Assembly (NCBI GenBank): GCA_001642005.1
Contig: LWCA01000159.1
Span: forward strand, 1 to 45,838
DNA from: Intoshia linei
Taxonomy: Eukaryota; Animalia; Orthonectida
Direction: 5' to 3'
Length of the DNA: 45,838 bases
The first letter of the stretch is position 1; every line of letters begins with the position of its first letter. The notes beneath the pieces are model-generated. The model did not search any database, was not told the origin of the DNA, and saw only the letters and a list, made by a program, of their open reading frames with translations. The position numbers were made by a program, and so were the translations under genes. Shown here piece by piece: positions 12,601 through 27,600 of the stretch.

Positions 12601-15600
12601 AATTACTATGGGCCCTGGCTGTGTTTAATATGCCCCAATTTGATGTGTTCATTTATTTCCTCTTGTACCTTGTATTGTACACTGTGAGGTATCTAATAGT
12701 TTTTCAACTTTATTGGCTGGTTTTTAGTTATTTCGATTATTAGTTATTTAGTTAGTTATTATGTCACGTTGTAGTTTTTCATTTCCTGTTGGTTCGGTGA
12801 ACTTTTTCTCTGTAAAACTATGTGACTATGGGACTATGTTTCTACAATTTCTCTTTGAATTTCCACGTTTCTTGCAATTATCACATTGATGGAGATATTT
12901 TAAATTAGTAATTTTACAATTCATAGCATATTTTTTCTTGCTTTTCGTATCAATGTGGAAGTTTACAATTAATATCAGATTTTTTTTTAATCCATCTTTT
13001 CAACGTCCAACAGTTATTTGTATCATGATTTGCCACTTTACAAATTATACAACCATTATCATTTTTTTATGTTCACATTGTAGATGGGTTTGGTGTCCCA
13101 CTGAAAACATACTTGAGGTTCCTATCGTTTCATTTTCTTTTAATTCAATTAACGTATTTATTACATCGTTGTACATCAAATTTTTATTTGCTGATAACGT
13201 GCTTTTTTATTATTGCTACCAACATCTATTTACTATTGTTGTTTTTTCCTCTTCTGTTGACTTTTCTTATATTATTTTCAAACTATCTTGAATAGTCTTA
13301 ACGATTTCTAATGGACTACTGTTTCAATTGACGTCAATATTTTTACTAGCCATTATTACCGATTGTTTTCGACATATATTTTTACTTTTTAATTAAATTT
13401 ATAAATAATTCTGTAGTTTTTTGGCAATTTTGTGCTTTCAATTACACATTGCCACGAATCTGGTAGTGCGAAAAGATTTCAATATTTTTATCATTAAATT
13501 CAAGACGACTATTATTTGCCCACTTTACTTTTTTTTTATACGTTTAGTAAATCAGTGATCCTTCACCCTAGTTTTTTCATATCGATGTTTTCTCCTGCCC
13601 CAGGTTTGTTTAATCCTGTCGTCGGCGCCATTTTATCTCTCCCGCCGTGGGAGCATTTAGTTACTTGGTGACCGAACTATATAGGGGTCTTCACATCGAA
13701 GTAATGACGAGGATTGTTACATTAATCCCCAATTTAAGATATACAATATTGCATTTTGTTTAACATAAGTTTCAGGATTACTGGATTACCTAAACTGTAC
13801 TCTTTGTCTGCTTTGGACTTTCAGGTATTAGCAGGGGCGGATCCAAGAGGCTAGTTAATGAGTTGCGAGCAACTTATTGCGAAGCAAGCAACATATTTAA
13901 TTTCGCTGAAGGCGAAAAACAATTTAGGGGCGTCTCTTTTAATTTCATTTAAAAGTTGTTATAAAATAGTTTCCAAATTTGTATTTTTTCGCAAAAAAAA
14001 AAAAAATTAAATAGTCCTAAATCAATTAGGTCCAGTCTTCTTGGATTAAGTATTGATAGTTGCTTTGACATTATTGTTTGATAATTCAAATATAAAATTA
14101 TCAATTATAGATGTAGATGTGCATGTAACAAAAGGCATCAAGTCACATGATCAATTGTTCATGTAATGTTATGCGCCATCTATATTGTTTTAATAAATTA
14201 AAACCTTTTTCAGTTATTTTAAAAAACATTAATTAAAATTTTTTTTAAAAAATTAGGGGTTCAACTGCACCTTCTGCACCTCTTGAATCCTTAATCGCCC
14301 CTAATTAGGAATATATTTATTTACTGGATAAACATAATTAGACTTCTAAACTTTGTTTTAATTTATGTTAAGTAGTTAAACTTATTTTATAAGTGGATAG
14401 GTTTTTTAACCTCCGTTTCGTTTAAGTCTATATTTCTTCTAGAAATCTTTTCTTTCGATTTCTGCTTTATTTTACTAATGTTTGCTTTCGCTCACTTTCA
14501 TTTCATTTTTATCATTCTTTATTGAACTTGATCACCATGTGACAGTTTAAAACTTAATATTTTTTTAACGTTTAAAAGTTTATAAATAAAGTCTTAGTCA
14601 ATGTTTTCTAAACATGGGACTAGGCCCACTAGTGGGGCGAGCAAAATTTGGTGGGGCCTGATAAATTTAACGAGTTTATTTGAATCATGAAAAATTTAGT
14701 TTAATTTAATGATAATTTTATACAATATTAGCTTGGTTGTTATGTAGTTTGTACAAACAGAAGCTAGTTCTTCCGAGGGCGGACGTTTTGATAGACTTTA
14801 AGTTTGTGAGGTTGTGATTTATGATAATATTCATGATTTGAAAATTTTCTATTCCGTTAATAAGGACTTTGATTGTATTAAATTGATAAAATGATATAAT
14901 TCTTAATTTTGTGAGTAATACTTTGCAAAATATGGCATGTGAAAATGATAACATACATTTTCGATCTTTATGAGATATTGAAATATTTTAGAAGGGTAAT
15001 TTTGAGTAATTCTGAGAGTAATTAACCATAATGAAAATTTTTCAATTATAATTGATATAAATCAATATAATTATAGGAGCCTGTTCATATTATTATTATT
15101 ATTATTAATCTATAAACAATTAATTTAGCATGGTGATTTCATATTAGTACTGTAGAGTCCTGTAATAGTTGTATCAAATCTGTTACCCGTATACGAGCCG
15201 ACACTCAGGCTGGGTAGGCAGAAAAATATTTTTAGTATGTTTATGATGGGTATGTAATGATACAGAGTTAAAATTTTAAAAAATGTTCATTTAATTAATG
15301 CTAATAATTTACTAAAATTGTATCGGAACTATAAAATGTGTAGTGGTTGATTAATAAGTTACCAAATAAAAAAATTAATAACAAAGTGCTTTTTTGACAC
15401 TGTAAGGCGTCACTAATTTTTTGTGTGTTAACTGTTTCTTATGAGCTTAAATTTTTTTTGAATCTTTTAACTTTTTCCATTTTTTAAAAAAAGTGTAGAC
15501 TGTGGTTTTGATCGTGAAAATGCACTTTTTTGAATTTGCAAGTAGGGATTGGAACTGACTTAAAAAATCGGAGTCAACTCAAATAAAGCTATTATTTACC

Positions 15601-18600
15601 TTATATCATTTTCTTTAATGGTGAGTTCACTTAAAAAAATTAATCTCGTAATTTTATTCAATCTATAAATTTTTTTAATATTTCCTAATTCATTATTTTA
15701 ATAGAATCAAATCTATTTTATACACTTACATTCCAATTAGCTAGTGAAAAATATACCATTAAAAATTGTTTCAACGCGTTTATGTGAATAATTCAAAATC
15801 TCAATCTTAATTTTAAGGATATATACTAAAAGTGTAATATATAGTTGTGAATATATATGTAATAATTATATAGGTGATAATGCTCGAGATTTTATTATCT
15901 GTATCACAGTTATATATTTTTTTATATTCTTGGAATGGTTTAATTTTTAAAAAAAAATCTCATAAAACTGTATTAGAAATTGGGCTTTTTTAAATTCTAA
16001 GACAGTTGACAGTTAATTTTTTAAATAAAGGTAACATACACAGACAATAAATTTTATGCAAGTATTAGATTTCTGATATATTCATTACTTTTTGTGGTTT
16101 TCGAATCTAATGCATTTTAGATATGGTCTATTTATGCGTTGAAACAGCGTTACGGAATGGTAAAAATCGGATAGTTTCGGTTCGTGCAGGACTCTACATT
16201 ACATACCTTTTAAAATAATGTCAAATGTTTGATTTTATATTTAGTGAATATAAAGATAGTCAAAGTTATGAATTTGTTGTTTTAACCCAATCGTATTGGT
16301 ATAAACTCAAAATAAACAGTATTTTTTAATTAATATAATGAGATTGAATACTTGCTTTTATATCTCGAAATTTTATAATACAAGTAGAGAAAGTTACATT
16401 TATTAATTTATTATTTGTAAATATAAAATTCTTATAATTAATAAGTGTTATTTATCATAGATAAAAAAGGAAAAACATCTCACGGAGATGAATGGATATG
16501 GAAAATTGGCATGAAAACTAAATTGGCATACCCTATACATGTTTTTGTGGGGTTTATGGGTATTTCATAATAATATTATTTTATTTGATGCTTTTACAAT
16601 GATTTTATTTTATCATATCTTTAATGAACATGAAATGAATTGTTCATACACAATCAATAGTCGGAAAAGTCATTGTATTTATTAAATTAGAAAAATACTC
16701 ATTAAAACAATGAGCGGGCGAATAAATCATGACAAAACTGTCTTACCATTTTGGGAAAACTTGTATACTAAAAACGCGTATTTAAATTCATACATAAAAT
16801 ATAATCGTCTCCTTGTATCATGTGACGTATTTAGGGTAATTACCCCAATTATACAGGCCTTTCATATTCTGGTATACGCTTCATAAGCGTAAATGTGGAC
16901 TGTATATAGATATTGGGTCGGTTTAGAAAATACAAAGTAATGTAGTTTTCCGTGAGGTAGGGCAATTTTTCCAAAGATACAATTTATAATGCCAATTATT
17001 ATTATCATTAAAAATAAAATGTTTGCTTATTTTTTCTCAGTAAAATTACGAACAATAATAATATGAGCAGAGCCGTTTCAGGCATGGGCAATATGGTCTG
17101 TACTCTAGGGCCACCCATTAAAAAGGGCTCCAAATTAATAAAAGTACTTTACACTTATATCTTAAAAAGAGGACCCCAATTTATTAAAAAATACTTCACA
17201 TTTATATCTTAAGAAACAGTTTATAAGTTTATAATATATTCAATAATATGTAATATAAGAATATTCAAAAAAGAAAGTAGGAAATCTTTGATTTTCTCTT
17301 ATTAATTTTCTAAAAAGGGGCCTTGAAAATTTTTTATTGCTTCGCTCAAAACTTTAAAGTGCCTCAGGCCCTTTTGTTAGCCCAGGGCCACCAAGTGGCT
17401 TAAGACGGCTCTGAATATGGGTGTCAGTCGGCACGGGTAAGCATTCGATTCAAATTTGTTACTGATATTCGGTGCATATTTTACAGATCGGATCATTTGT
17501 CATACATTATCTCATATATTAAACATTTAGATAGTAAAGCCGCCATAATAATAATTCAATTAATTAATGGTTACTTTAATATTTATCAACAAGAAACTCT
17601 AATTTTGTCATTTTGTATAACTGGAATCGTAAACAAAGCACCATTTTGTTTCAACCAAAATATTACATCAGACTTCAAAAATGATTGTTTATATCTTGCA
17701 AAAAATAACAATTTAGTGGCTATAAGGTGATATGTCTTTATTAATCAATGTCAAAATTATACTTCAATTTATTACATTGTAGTTTCATTTTTCAAATTTT
17801 ACATTTTATAATTATATTTTACTAGTATTATCAGGACGGTGGAGAGGGGTTAGGGACCACATGTCCCGGTCCTACAATCATCAGTGTACTACTCAGCCTA
17901 CTATTTTAATTTATTAATTAAACCTATTATGTTGGGAAACATCTTAAGTGTGTCAAAATTATTTTATACTAAAATAGAAGTGTCGTATAAACAGCCCGAT
18001 TAGTAAGTATACTATCATAATGGCAATGCAAAATTTTGATTTATTTTTAAAAAATGATAATCCTTACTTACATAATATGTTATGCAATATTTGTTTGTGT
18101 GTGTGTTACCGTTTATTTCAATAATTAACAGTCTTAAAATTTTATAAAGTCCACATTTCAATTACAGTTTTTTTTGGGTTGTTAGCAAAATAAGTTCCAA
18201 ACTCACATCTTACCGGTCAAAAAGCCCAATTTTCCTGTTTTTTGAAAATTAAACTAGTTGGAGAATTTAAAAAAATATATACTCTGATACGGATTTTAAA
18301 ATCATAAACATTTATAAATTAAAATTTAAAAAAAATATATCTTGAGAGCCAAAACACCAAATTAGCCTTTTTTTTAATAAAAACAGCTCTAGAATTTACG
18401 TTATTCATTTCTTCGATTTTATATTATAGTTTTCATTGACGTTTATTTTTCATTTTTGCCTCTAAGTTAAAGTGTCCAGAAAAAATACGTAAAACCAAAA
18501 CTACTTATCTATGATGACGAATGAAAATTTTCGGCTTAAAATTTATTCCAAATAAACTAAAAGTGATTCTACGTATATTTCTGGACACTTTATCTAAGTA

Positions 18601-21600
18601 ATAATTAACAATAAAAGTACTACTTTTATACTACTATTTTCTGGTCACCCTATCTAAGGGTCATTTAACGGGCCTACCATTCCAAATGAATAGGTGGTGT
18701 TATAAAATATTTTGTATGGTGAGATAAATTTTGTCACTCCAACAGGGTTATTTCGAAAATAATGTGAGTGTCACTTGATTAAACATTGGATATGGGAATC
18801 AATTTGTTTTTTAATTTGTATAAAGGGCAATAATGTTGATCTAATCCGGGTCCATTGTTTGTACTCCACGGCACTGGATACTTTATGTTATTTGCATATT
18901 TGAAAATTAACTTAATAGTACACTAGTTTTAAAACAATCAATGCTTTCAATAAAAAAGTTATCAATGAAACTAAGGTAAATATATAAATGTTATATCATC
19001 ATGTCATAAATAATATACATGTCTAATAATAAATATAACATGTCATAATAATAATCAATAAACCAAAATAACTCGAAAAACATGATTTTAAATAATAATG
19101 TAATGGTTCTTAACTTTTTTATCTCGCGAACCCTATACAGAGCCAAACTTATCATTTTCGAGCCCTCATACAACCCCTTCCCAAATCAAATAATTTCCGG
19201 AAACGATTCATAATGACATATAATAATAACAGTTTTAGTCACCTATCCACTACTCTTATTCATAGAAGGGTTTCAGGTAGGTTAGTTTCGACTCTGTCCT
19301 GTATGATAAACAACCAAAAAATTTTATGCCCCAAATTCAGTTATATTGTTAAATTTTGATCTCAAAAAAAGCTGGTACTTTTTTTTACTGTACAGTTTTC
19401 AATAACCTTTAATGTAAATTTTCATCGAACCTAGGGCGATATCGATATTAATGTGAAGACTACCTCGATAATATATAGTGCATGTGAATTTTACATTAAA
19501 TGTATATATTAAAATTTAGTTTGCTTGGTCATACAAAGTTTCTAAAGAAATTATGCAATTAAAATTGAATGATTCTAAAAAATGCATATATGTATTGAGT
19601 AATTTTATGATTAAAAATCTAATGTAATTGAAAATTTATAGCAAGATGGAACCTGATAACACTAAGTCAAATTGGAGAATGCTTAAAAATATTTGCATCA
19701 ACATTTCGCTGTCTTTATTTTGACATTTATAAAAAAAGTTTTTAATTTTTTTTAATTCTAATTTATAATTTTCGAGTCAAAAATTTTTTCTACTACGCAA
19801 ATTACGTTGACTAGGACTAACCTATAATGATTATATAATATTTTTAACAGAAAATTTGCAAGAAATGATATTAATTTGCGATTCAAACAATAGATTAATC
19901 ATTATGGACAATTTTACAGTTAAATGGATAGCCACTTATGAAACTGTAGGAATCGAAAAAATTAAAGTATTAAACATTGGGTAAAATTTAGTAGTTAATT
20001 AACTTACAGAAACATGGTACATGTATTTACAAGTTATGAGTGCTTTTCTTTGAATGAAGGGTAGGACCGATGGGTGAATACTTTTATTAGAGGATAAATA
20101 GATTAAATGAATAATTTATCAAATATGATATTCAACCAAAGCTTATCATAACATCTCAAAGTTTACCAACCCTTAAAAAATAATTTTTATCATTATTGTA
20201 TTAAAAATTCTCATTTTATCTAACCTTACAAGATAAAATGATTTAATCTCATCTTTATTGAATTTACTAAACAATCTGATACATTATCATTTTATTAGAA
20301 AATTGAATGGTGTAATATTTACTATTGATTCGACTGGATTAGTAAAATTGAATATTGCCAAAACTAATATAAAAATTAACAATGTTTTTAACCAAAAAAA
20401 TGAAGATTTCGATATTAATTATGCAGCAAAAAATTATGCAAAGTACAAATCAATCATTGATAATAGTGATATTATGACTGAAAATAGTAAGTATTTATAT
20501 TTATTTTATTTTAATATTTAATTTAATGTTTTAATGATTAAAAATTTAAATTTTAAATTTAACTTGTTGACGATTTTATATTTAGCTGAAAAACCAAAAA
20601 AATTTCTAAAAATTGATGTTGAAAAGGTTGAATATTTATAAATAATAATAAATTCATTTAGTCTGAAATAACTCAAGTAGAAGGCCATTTAATGTTGAGG
20701 ATAACGGTACTTTATACTTTAAAACTTTGGTCTAGAACTAAAACTTTGGACTTCATGAATTCAGTTTTGGCTACTTATTTTAGTATGCTGATTAAGTGAA
20801 TATTTTTAAAGTAACCAAATGATCCAGTACACGCAGAGCCATTTTAAGGCATGGGCAATATGGGCTGTAGCCCAGGGCCACTTATTAAAAAGGCTCCAAA
20901 ATTAATAAAAGTACTTTACATTTATATCTTAAAAAGAGGCCTCCAATTTATTAAAAAATACTTCACATTTATATCTTAAGAAACAGTTTATAATTTTTGA
21001 AGTCTAGGAATTTAAATAGCTAGAAAGAAAATAGTTTAAAGAATGAAAGTTCTGTGAAATGTTAAATGTGATGTCGATTGATGAGTTGAATACTTCATGT
21101 GATAATCTTACAGCAGCTTATAGGAAAGATTTGGAAAAAAATGATTTAGTAATAGAATGTCAACAATTTAAACATTATTTTGATTGGAAAAAAACACGCA
21201 ATAACATTTTTGTTATGTATAAAGTTATAAAAGGTGATAAATTGGAATCACTATTTCCTAATTTGAAATTTGCATGAGAATGTTTATTTTAATGATAGTT
21301 GCAATATGCAAAGGGTAAAGAACTTTTTTTAAACTAAAAATAATTAAGAATGAACTTCGAAATTGCTTAGCTCAACTTCGTTTGAATGCGCTCTCCTTAA
21401 TGTTAATTGACAATGATATCAGTTTTGATAGTATCATATCTGATTTCTCTCAGAAAAAAGTGAAAAAACAACATTTGTTAAGAATTTTTTGTGACTGCAT
21501 GGTGCATATTTTCAAATGAAAAAGTAAACTTTGTTCATAAATTAATGTAAGTAGGTTTTTGTAAAAGAAATAAAAGTTACTAGAAACCTACATAATATCT

Positions 21601-24600
21601 TTTAATGCTTTTATTAATACTCAATGAAATAAGACTCTAAGTCTCCAACCAACAGTATGCCTTGTCTTTTAAACAGAGGACCTATTTTTTTATCGCTTCG
21701 CTCGAAATTTTAAAGGGCCCGATCCTTTTTTTAGCCCAGGGCCACGAAGTGGCTTAAGACGGCTCTGAGTACACGTCAATCGGTATTATCTGTACAATGT
21801 ACACCAGCCATTCTCAACGGGTTCCATGAAAATTATACACATTTATTACATATTATAGACATTTTCCGTACATAAAGTCATATTTTCAAATAATGAAGTT
21901 GTTTATTCAAAGAAGTAAACAAATAAAACTGCCTTTAGTTTTGAAAAAAAGACTTTACGATTGTAAAATATGACGTTAACTATGAAAAAGTGACTTTATG
22001 TTAGTGATTTTTAGAAAAAAATTAATTCAAATAAACTAAAATTGATTAGGATCGACATTTTTTCTTCACATGATTGCTTATCTGCATATATTGTAAAATT
22101 GAATAATAACGTTAGTATTAAAATTTAAAAATTTGTTTAATATTAATAGTTCATCAACTTTATCATCTCGAAAAACTAGAGTACTCCATCTCATTTGACT
22201 ATCATTCGTTTCACACAAATGTAATGATTCATTAAAAATTGTAATTATTATTAGTTTTTTTCGGGGTCCCAGCGAAAAAGGGTTGAGAATGCCTGGTGTA
22301 CACTACATTTTTGGTATAAAAATTGTAAATAGATTAGCATTACTGCGCTACAAAATATTACCAATGTAGTTGTATCAATATATCATGAGATGTTTCAGTA
22401 TCTCAAAAATATCGACAAGCTATTGACAAGTTTAAAAGATTTGACAGCATTTCATGAATCAATTGGTAAGAAAGTGATGTAAAACTATTGTATGATGATT
22501 TTATATTGAAACTAGGTTGATTGTTAAGTACAACGTACAAACAACACCTAGCTCTGTGAGGTCACATTTTTATACTATCAAAAAAATAAATTCACTTTGA
22601 AAATGTCACTTAAAAATCCTACTATTCACTATTATCAATCCTTTAAAGGAGTGGTTCCCAAATTTGTTTTAGGTGGAACCATCATATCACATTACTTTTT
22701 ACTTTAACGTGAATTATTCCATCTTAATTTTTTTTGTTAACATTTGCGTGAAGAATTTTAAAAACAATTGTTATCCCATTTTTTTAATTTATTAGACAGA
22801 ATGTGTGTATAATATTAAAAATAAAGTAAAAACAGTCCAATCCTAAAAATTGTCATAAATAGCATAAATTCCAAAAAAATAAAATTAGTCCAATACTAAA
22901 AATTGTCATAAAGGTGTGAGTTTTGGAAATTGAAATTTATATTATTATATGTATAAATTGTAACCATTTAAAAATTCATTTTCTTGTTTAGTTTTTTTTT
23001 AAATTTTATTAAAAATTCCGAAGAAATGAATTATATAAATATTTACCCATATTTCTTTATTGGAAATATGTAGACGTTTAATGCACATTTTTTTGAAATT
23101 ATAGGATCAATATTTACATTTTCAATTTTTATTTTAATCGAAATATTTGAAAAATATTGGTTGAATATATTACAAATTATTTTTCACCGGGAATGCGTAA
23201 ATTTCTAGGGTTGAAATTTTGTATTTATATCAACTGGAATAAGCTCTATTAGAATAATTCTTTTTTAAATTTTCGGATCATTAATTATTTCACATTTTTT
23301 GTTTTAATAAAATATTTCGAAAAAAAAATTATATTATATCTACGTATGGTAGTAATTATTTTATAATAGAATCTAATGATATTGCCACTCAAGAATTTAA
23401 TTTTAAAGTACCAAAAAAATCATTTGGTATTTACATGGCTATAATTAGATCTCATATAGTTTTGGAATATTTTCATCTTAATGGTTCGTTTTATTTATAT
23501 GTTACCGTCCATTTGGATTTTGAGTCATTCTGAGGAATTTTTTTTGTAAGGGTTGGTAAAAGTGGATTTTGGAATGATGGATATTGAAAAAATTTAAACT
23601 TAAAGAAAATTCTTCATAATGACTGAAACTCCAAACAGACGGTAACATATACAAAATATAAAATAAATTTGCTTATTAAATTAATTTTACTTATTTTTTA
23701 TTTTTCTTTAATACAAGTTTTACAAGGTAAACAAAGTTTGTTTTCTCAAAAAAAGGTAGGACCACTGATTTAATTGATATAAATTAGATAAATATATGGA
23801 ACGATTTGATTGTAATGTTTTTCCAAAATTAACCCTTGGCGATTGGTTAAAGGTTGATGAATTTGAAAAAGTTGACGAAAATAAATCTAAAAGTGTTGTC
23901 AGTATTAATTTAAATGTTGGGAATTCAGTAAAGGATTTATTTAACGCGATTAAATCCAATTCAGGTTATTTATTAATTGATTATTTTGATATATTTTGTA
24001 CATAATATGAAGAATAATGCAGTACATTATTTTAGTAGTATATCACCTATATATTATATAGTAGTACGTTAGAGTAGTACATTAGTATATAGAGTGTATT
24101 ACACATGTATGTATGCCATTAAAATGTAAATTGTACAGTGAAGCCTCCACTATTCTTTTATTCCGTTAGTTGCTCAAAAAAACTTTTTTTGTAAAGGTAA
24201 AAGGGGTGCATAATCAATTTTTGGTGTGCACAGAGCCATTTTCATTTTTTTTAATTACATTAATAAAATTATTAGTCAAAAATTAATTTTGGCCTTGAAG
24301 ATATATATTTTTTAAATTTATGATAATATTTATGATTTTAAAATCCGTATCAGAGTATATATTTTTTTAAATTTTCCAACTCGTTTGATTTTCAAAAAAA
24401 AAGACAATTGGGCTTTTTGACCAGTAAGATATGAGTTTGGGAGGTTGAAATTTATTTTGCGAACACCCTGAAAAAAACTGTAATTGAAATGTGGACATTA
24501 TAAAATTGTTAGTGTTTGAAATAAACGGTAACACACATACACAAACAAATAGTGCAAAGCATATTATATACATAAGGATAAATATTATTACATATGTGAA

Positions 24601-27600
24601 AAAACGAAAATGGAGTGATGATTGTATTCATTTCGTCGATTCACTAAAATATATGATATTGGAGGCTTGACTGTAATTTAGTATTTAAATGAAAGGTTAA
24701 TTAATAATTTAGACTTGTCTTTTGAAAATTCATCCAATGGTGTATTTGATATTAAAGAATTGAATATACAAATTTGTTTTCAAATTGGTAGATTTAATTA
24801 ATTTTTGACCACTGCAGTGCACTGGTGACTCTAATTATAAATAACGGAATGAAAAAATTATATTTAAGGGTAGAAAATATTTTTTAAGTTTCAGTGACAG
24901 TAAATGTGTGTCCTTAACAGTTTATATACAGAAAAAAAAATACATAACTGAAATTCTTGTTCTAATCCTATAGGTCAAAACGTATTTTGGCATTTTTAAA
25001 CTAATATTTTGCAGTTCCGTTGATACGAATATTAAGAATCGTAAAATTTGATAAGTAGGAAATTATTGGCAGTGCCGAACCTACTAATCTCGAGGCATCT
25101 GAAAATTAAAAATAAGCTGCAAAAAAAAAATTTTGACCTCCAATTAACAAAACTTTATTCGAAATCTCCGATGAGGGTCTCGCGTACGGAATTTCACTGA
25201 TAATTGATTTACTTTTTTACTGAGAATTCAAAATTTTACGTTCAATCTCAGAAATTGACCTTTTTGCGGCGCGGTTAACTACACTTTAGTTTTTTTGTAA
25301 ACGGTTAGTAAGTAGAACTATCAAGCTAAAATACTGGAAAATCTGCATTAGGAACACTGTTGGATCTTAAAATTAAAAAAATTTAGATAATATTAAAGTA
25401 TATTATGAAAATTATTATGAAATTTTTCCGTTTATAAAATTTTCAATTCAACTGATGGATTTTGAAAAATTTTTCTCTGAAGATTCAGAGGAATCTATAT
25501 TTCTAATGTCTCAATTCAATGAAGCCTTTGCTAATTACTTTTCACTTCATAATAATGTAATTAATTTCCATAATATTTACTCCATGTCGTAAATTTAAAT
25601 TTTACCATAGTTTAACATATTGTACCCTCATTATGAGGGTATCATATCGTCAAAATAATTTATGTTGACCCAGAGTCGAATTTACTATTTTATGGTTAAC
25701 TTTTTGAAATTAAATTCACCATTACAATACATTTAATAGTTTTAAATAGATAATATCCATGTATAGTCAAGTGTTTGCTGAATGCCATACAATATCCCAA
25801 GAAATGCAAAACTTCCAAAGCAAATTTTTGAAATTAATTCATAACAACTCATCATATTCGCATGAAGAATATACAATGGGTATTAAATCAATTTGTAAAA
25901 ATGTAAGTTTCACATATTATAATTATACTAGGTTGACTGTTATGTACTACGTACAAACAACACCTAGCTCTGGCAAGGGCACATTTTTATTATACAAACA
26001 AATAAATTCACGTTGAAAATCCTACTATAGTGGAATTCGCTTATAAAAGATTACGCATCAGGACCGAGCAATTTGTCCCTTATAACCGGACGTCTCTTAT
26101 ATCCGAAAAATCAAAAAAGTAAAGACTTTAAATAAATAAAATGTTATGTAATATATATGTCGTATATAATTTGTATAACTGTGAAATGTACACATTCTAT
26201 GGGTTAGTCGTAGAATGTGTAAAACTTTCATTTATATTTTAGTTTAATTTTGGGTTTTAGTAATTTTTTTTAAACTAAAATTATAAGGGGGGTTTTTAGG
26301 AAATTTTTTTGAAACCAAACTTTCAAGGGAGGCTTTTAAGATTTTTTTTGAACCAAACTTTCAAGGGGGTTTTTTAAGTTCTTAGTTGATCTTCATTTTT
26401 TAATAAGTTACCGATGGTACTTCTTGGAACTGATATGTTATTCAATAATCCTCGATAAGATTTGGTACCGTTATAAGAATGAATTTTGTCCAAAATAATT
26501 ATTTTTTCTTCTAATTTTAGTGATTTTCTTTTTAACGCCATTTTGGAGGTTAAACTTTATTATTAAAACAATTAGTCGAAATGTTAAGGTTTCAAAAATC
26601 ATTTTCTACAAAAATGTAATAATTTATATTAAAAAAATTTTGAATATTCATTTTAAAAAACAAATTGCCTGTCCACTATAAGCGGATTTTTCTCCCTTAT
26701 ATTCCTCTGTGATTTATATACAAAACAAGCGTTTGATTCCGTTCCTAGCATTTTTTCCTTTATATCTTATATACGTCTCTTATAATGGGTGTCTCCTATA
26801 AGCGGATTCTACTGTATATGATAATGTTTATGATTTTAAAATCCGTATCAGTGTATATATTTTTTTAAATTATCCAACTCGTTTGATTTTCAAAACAAAG
26901 GACAATTTGGTTTTTGATCCGTAAGATGTGAGTTTGGGAGGTTGAAATTTATCTAATTATCACCTCCGGAAAAAACTGTAATTGAAATGTAGACTTTATA
27001 AAATTCTAAGACTGGTAGTAATTAAAATAAAGTGGAACACACAGACAAACAAATATTACGAGCATATTATACAAGTAAGGATATAAATCAGGCTCTTATA
27101 TATTATAAACTCGTTGCCGGTTGTCAATATTTTTAACAACTGTTTAGTATAAAATTTGCTTTTTATTTATTAATTTTAAAAATATTTGACTTTGAAAGGG
27201 TTTTTATTTATACCCGGTCAAAAATTACTGACTATTCTTAAATGATTTGGAAAGTGAATTAATAGATAATCTCCATGTTAAAAAAACATAATCTACTCAT
27301 ATCCTGTATTCTTTTTGATATTATCCTTACTAATAAATTCAAAGTTAGGTAAAAATGTGTCTGTCTGTAAACTCAATTTATTAATAAAAAAGAGTTTCAG
27401 AAATTCGAAAAAACAAAGTAAAATAAATTTCTGGTATAGAAATTAAAATAAATATTATTTTAAAAAATGTGCATATTCACGATCAAAAACCAAAAGGAGT
27501 CTTAAAAAATAAGATTTAATAATGTGTATCATTCTAACTTCCATCCTCTGTATATCTAGCTACTGGTTGTGCCAAATACATAACATACAAGCTAGTAATT

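Noticed and set aside
12938-13295. Hydrophobic plus-strand ORFs (117 and 60 aa)
   Set aside because: Antisense shadows of the A-rich gag of Gypsy B.
24367-24573. 68-aa ORF with a signal-like N-terminus
   Set aside because: It is the GT-rich Helitron 5' end.
26285-26376. Short tandem units (gaaaccaaactttcaaggg)
   Set aside because: Two to three degenerate units inside a Tigger derivative; no unique spacers, so not CRISPR-like.
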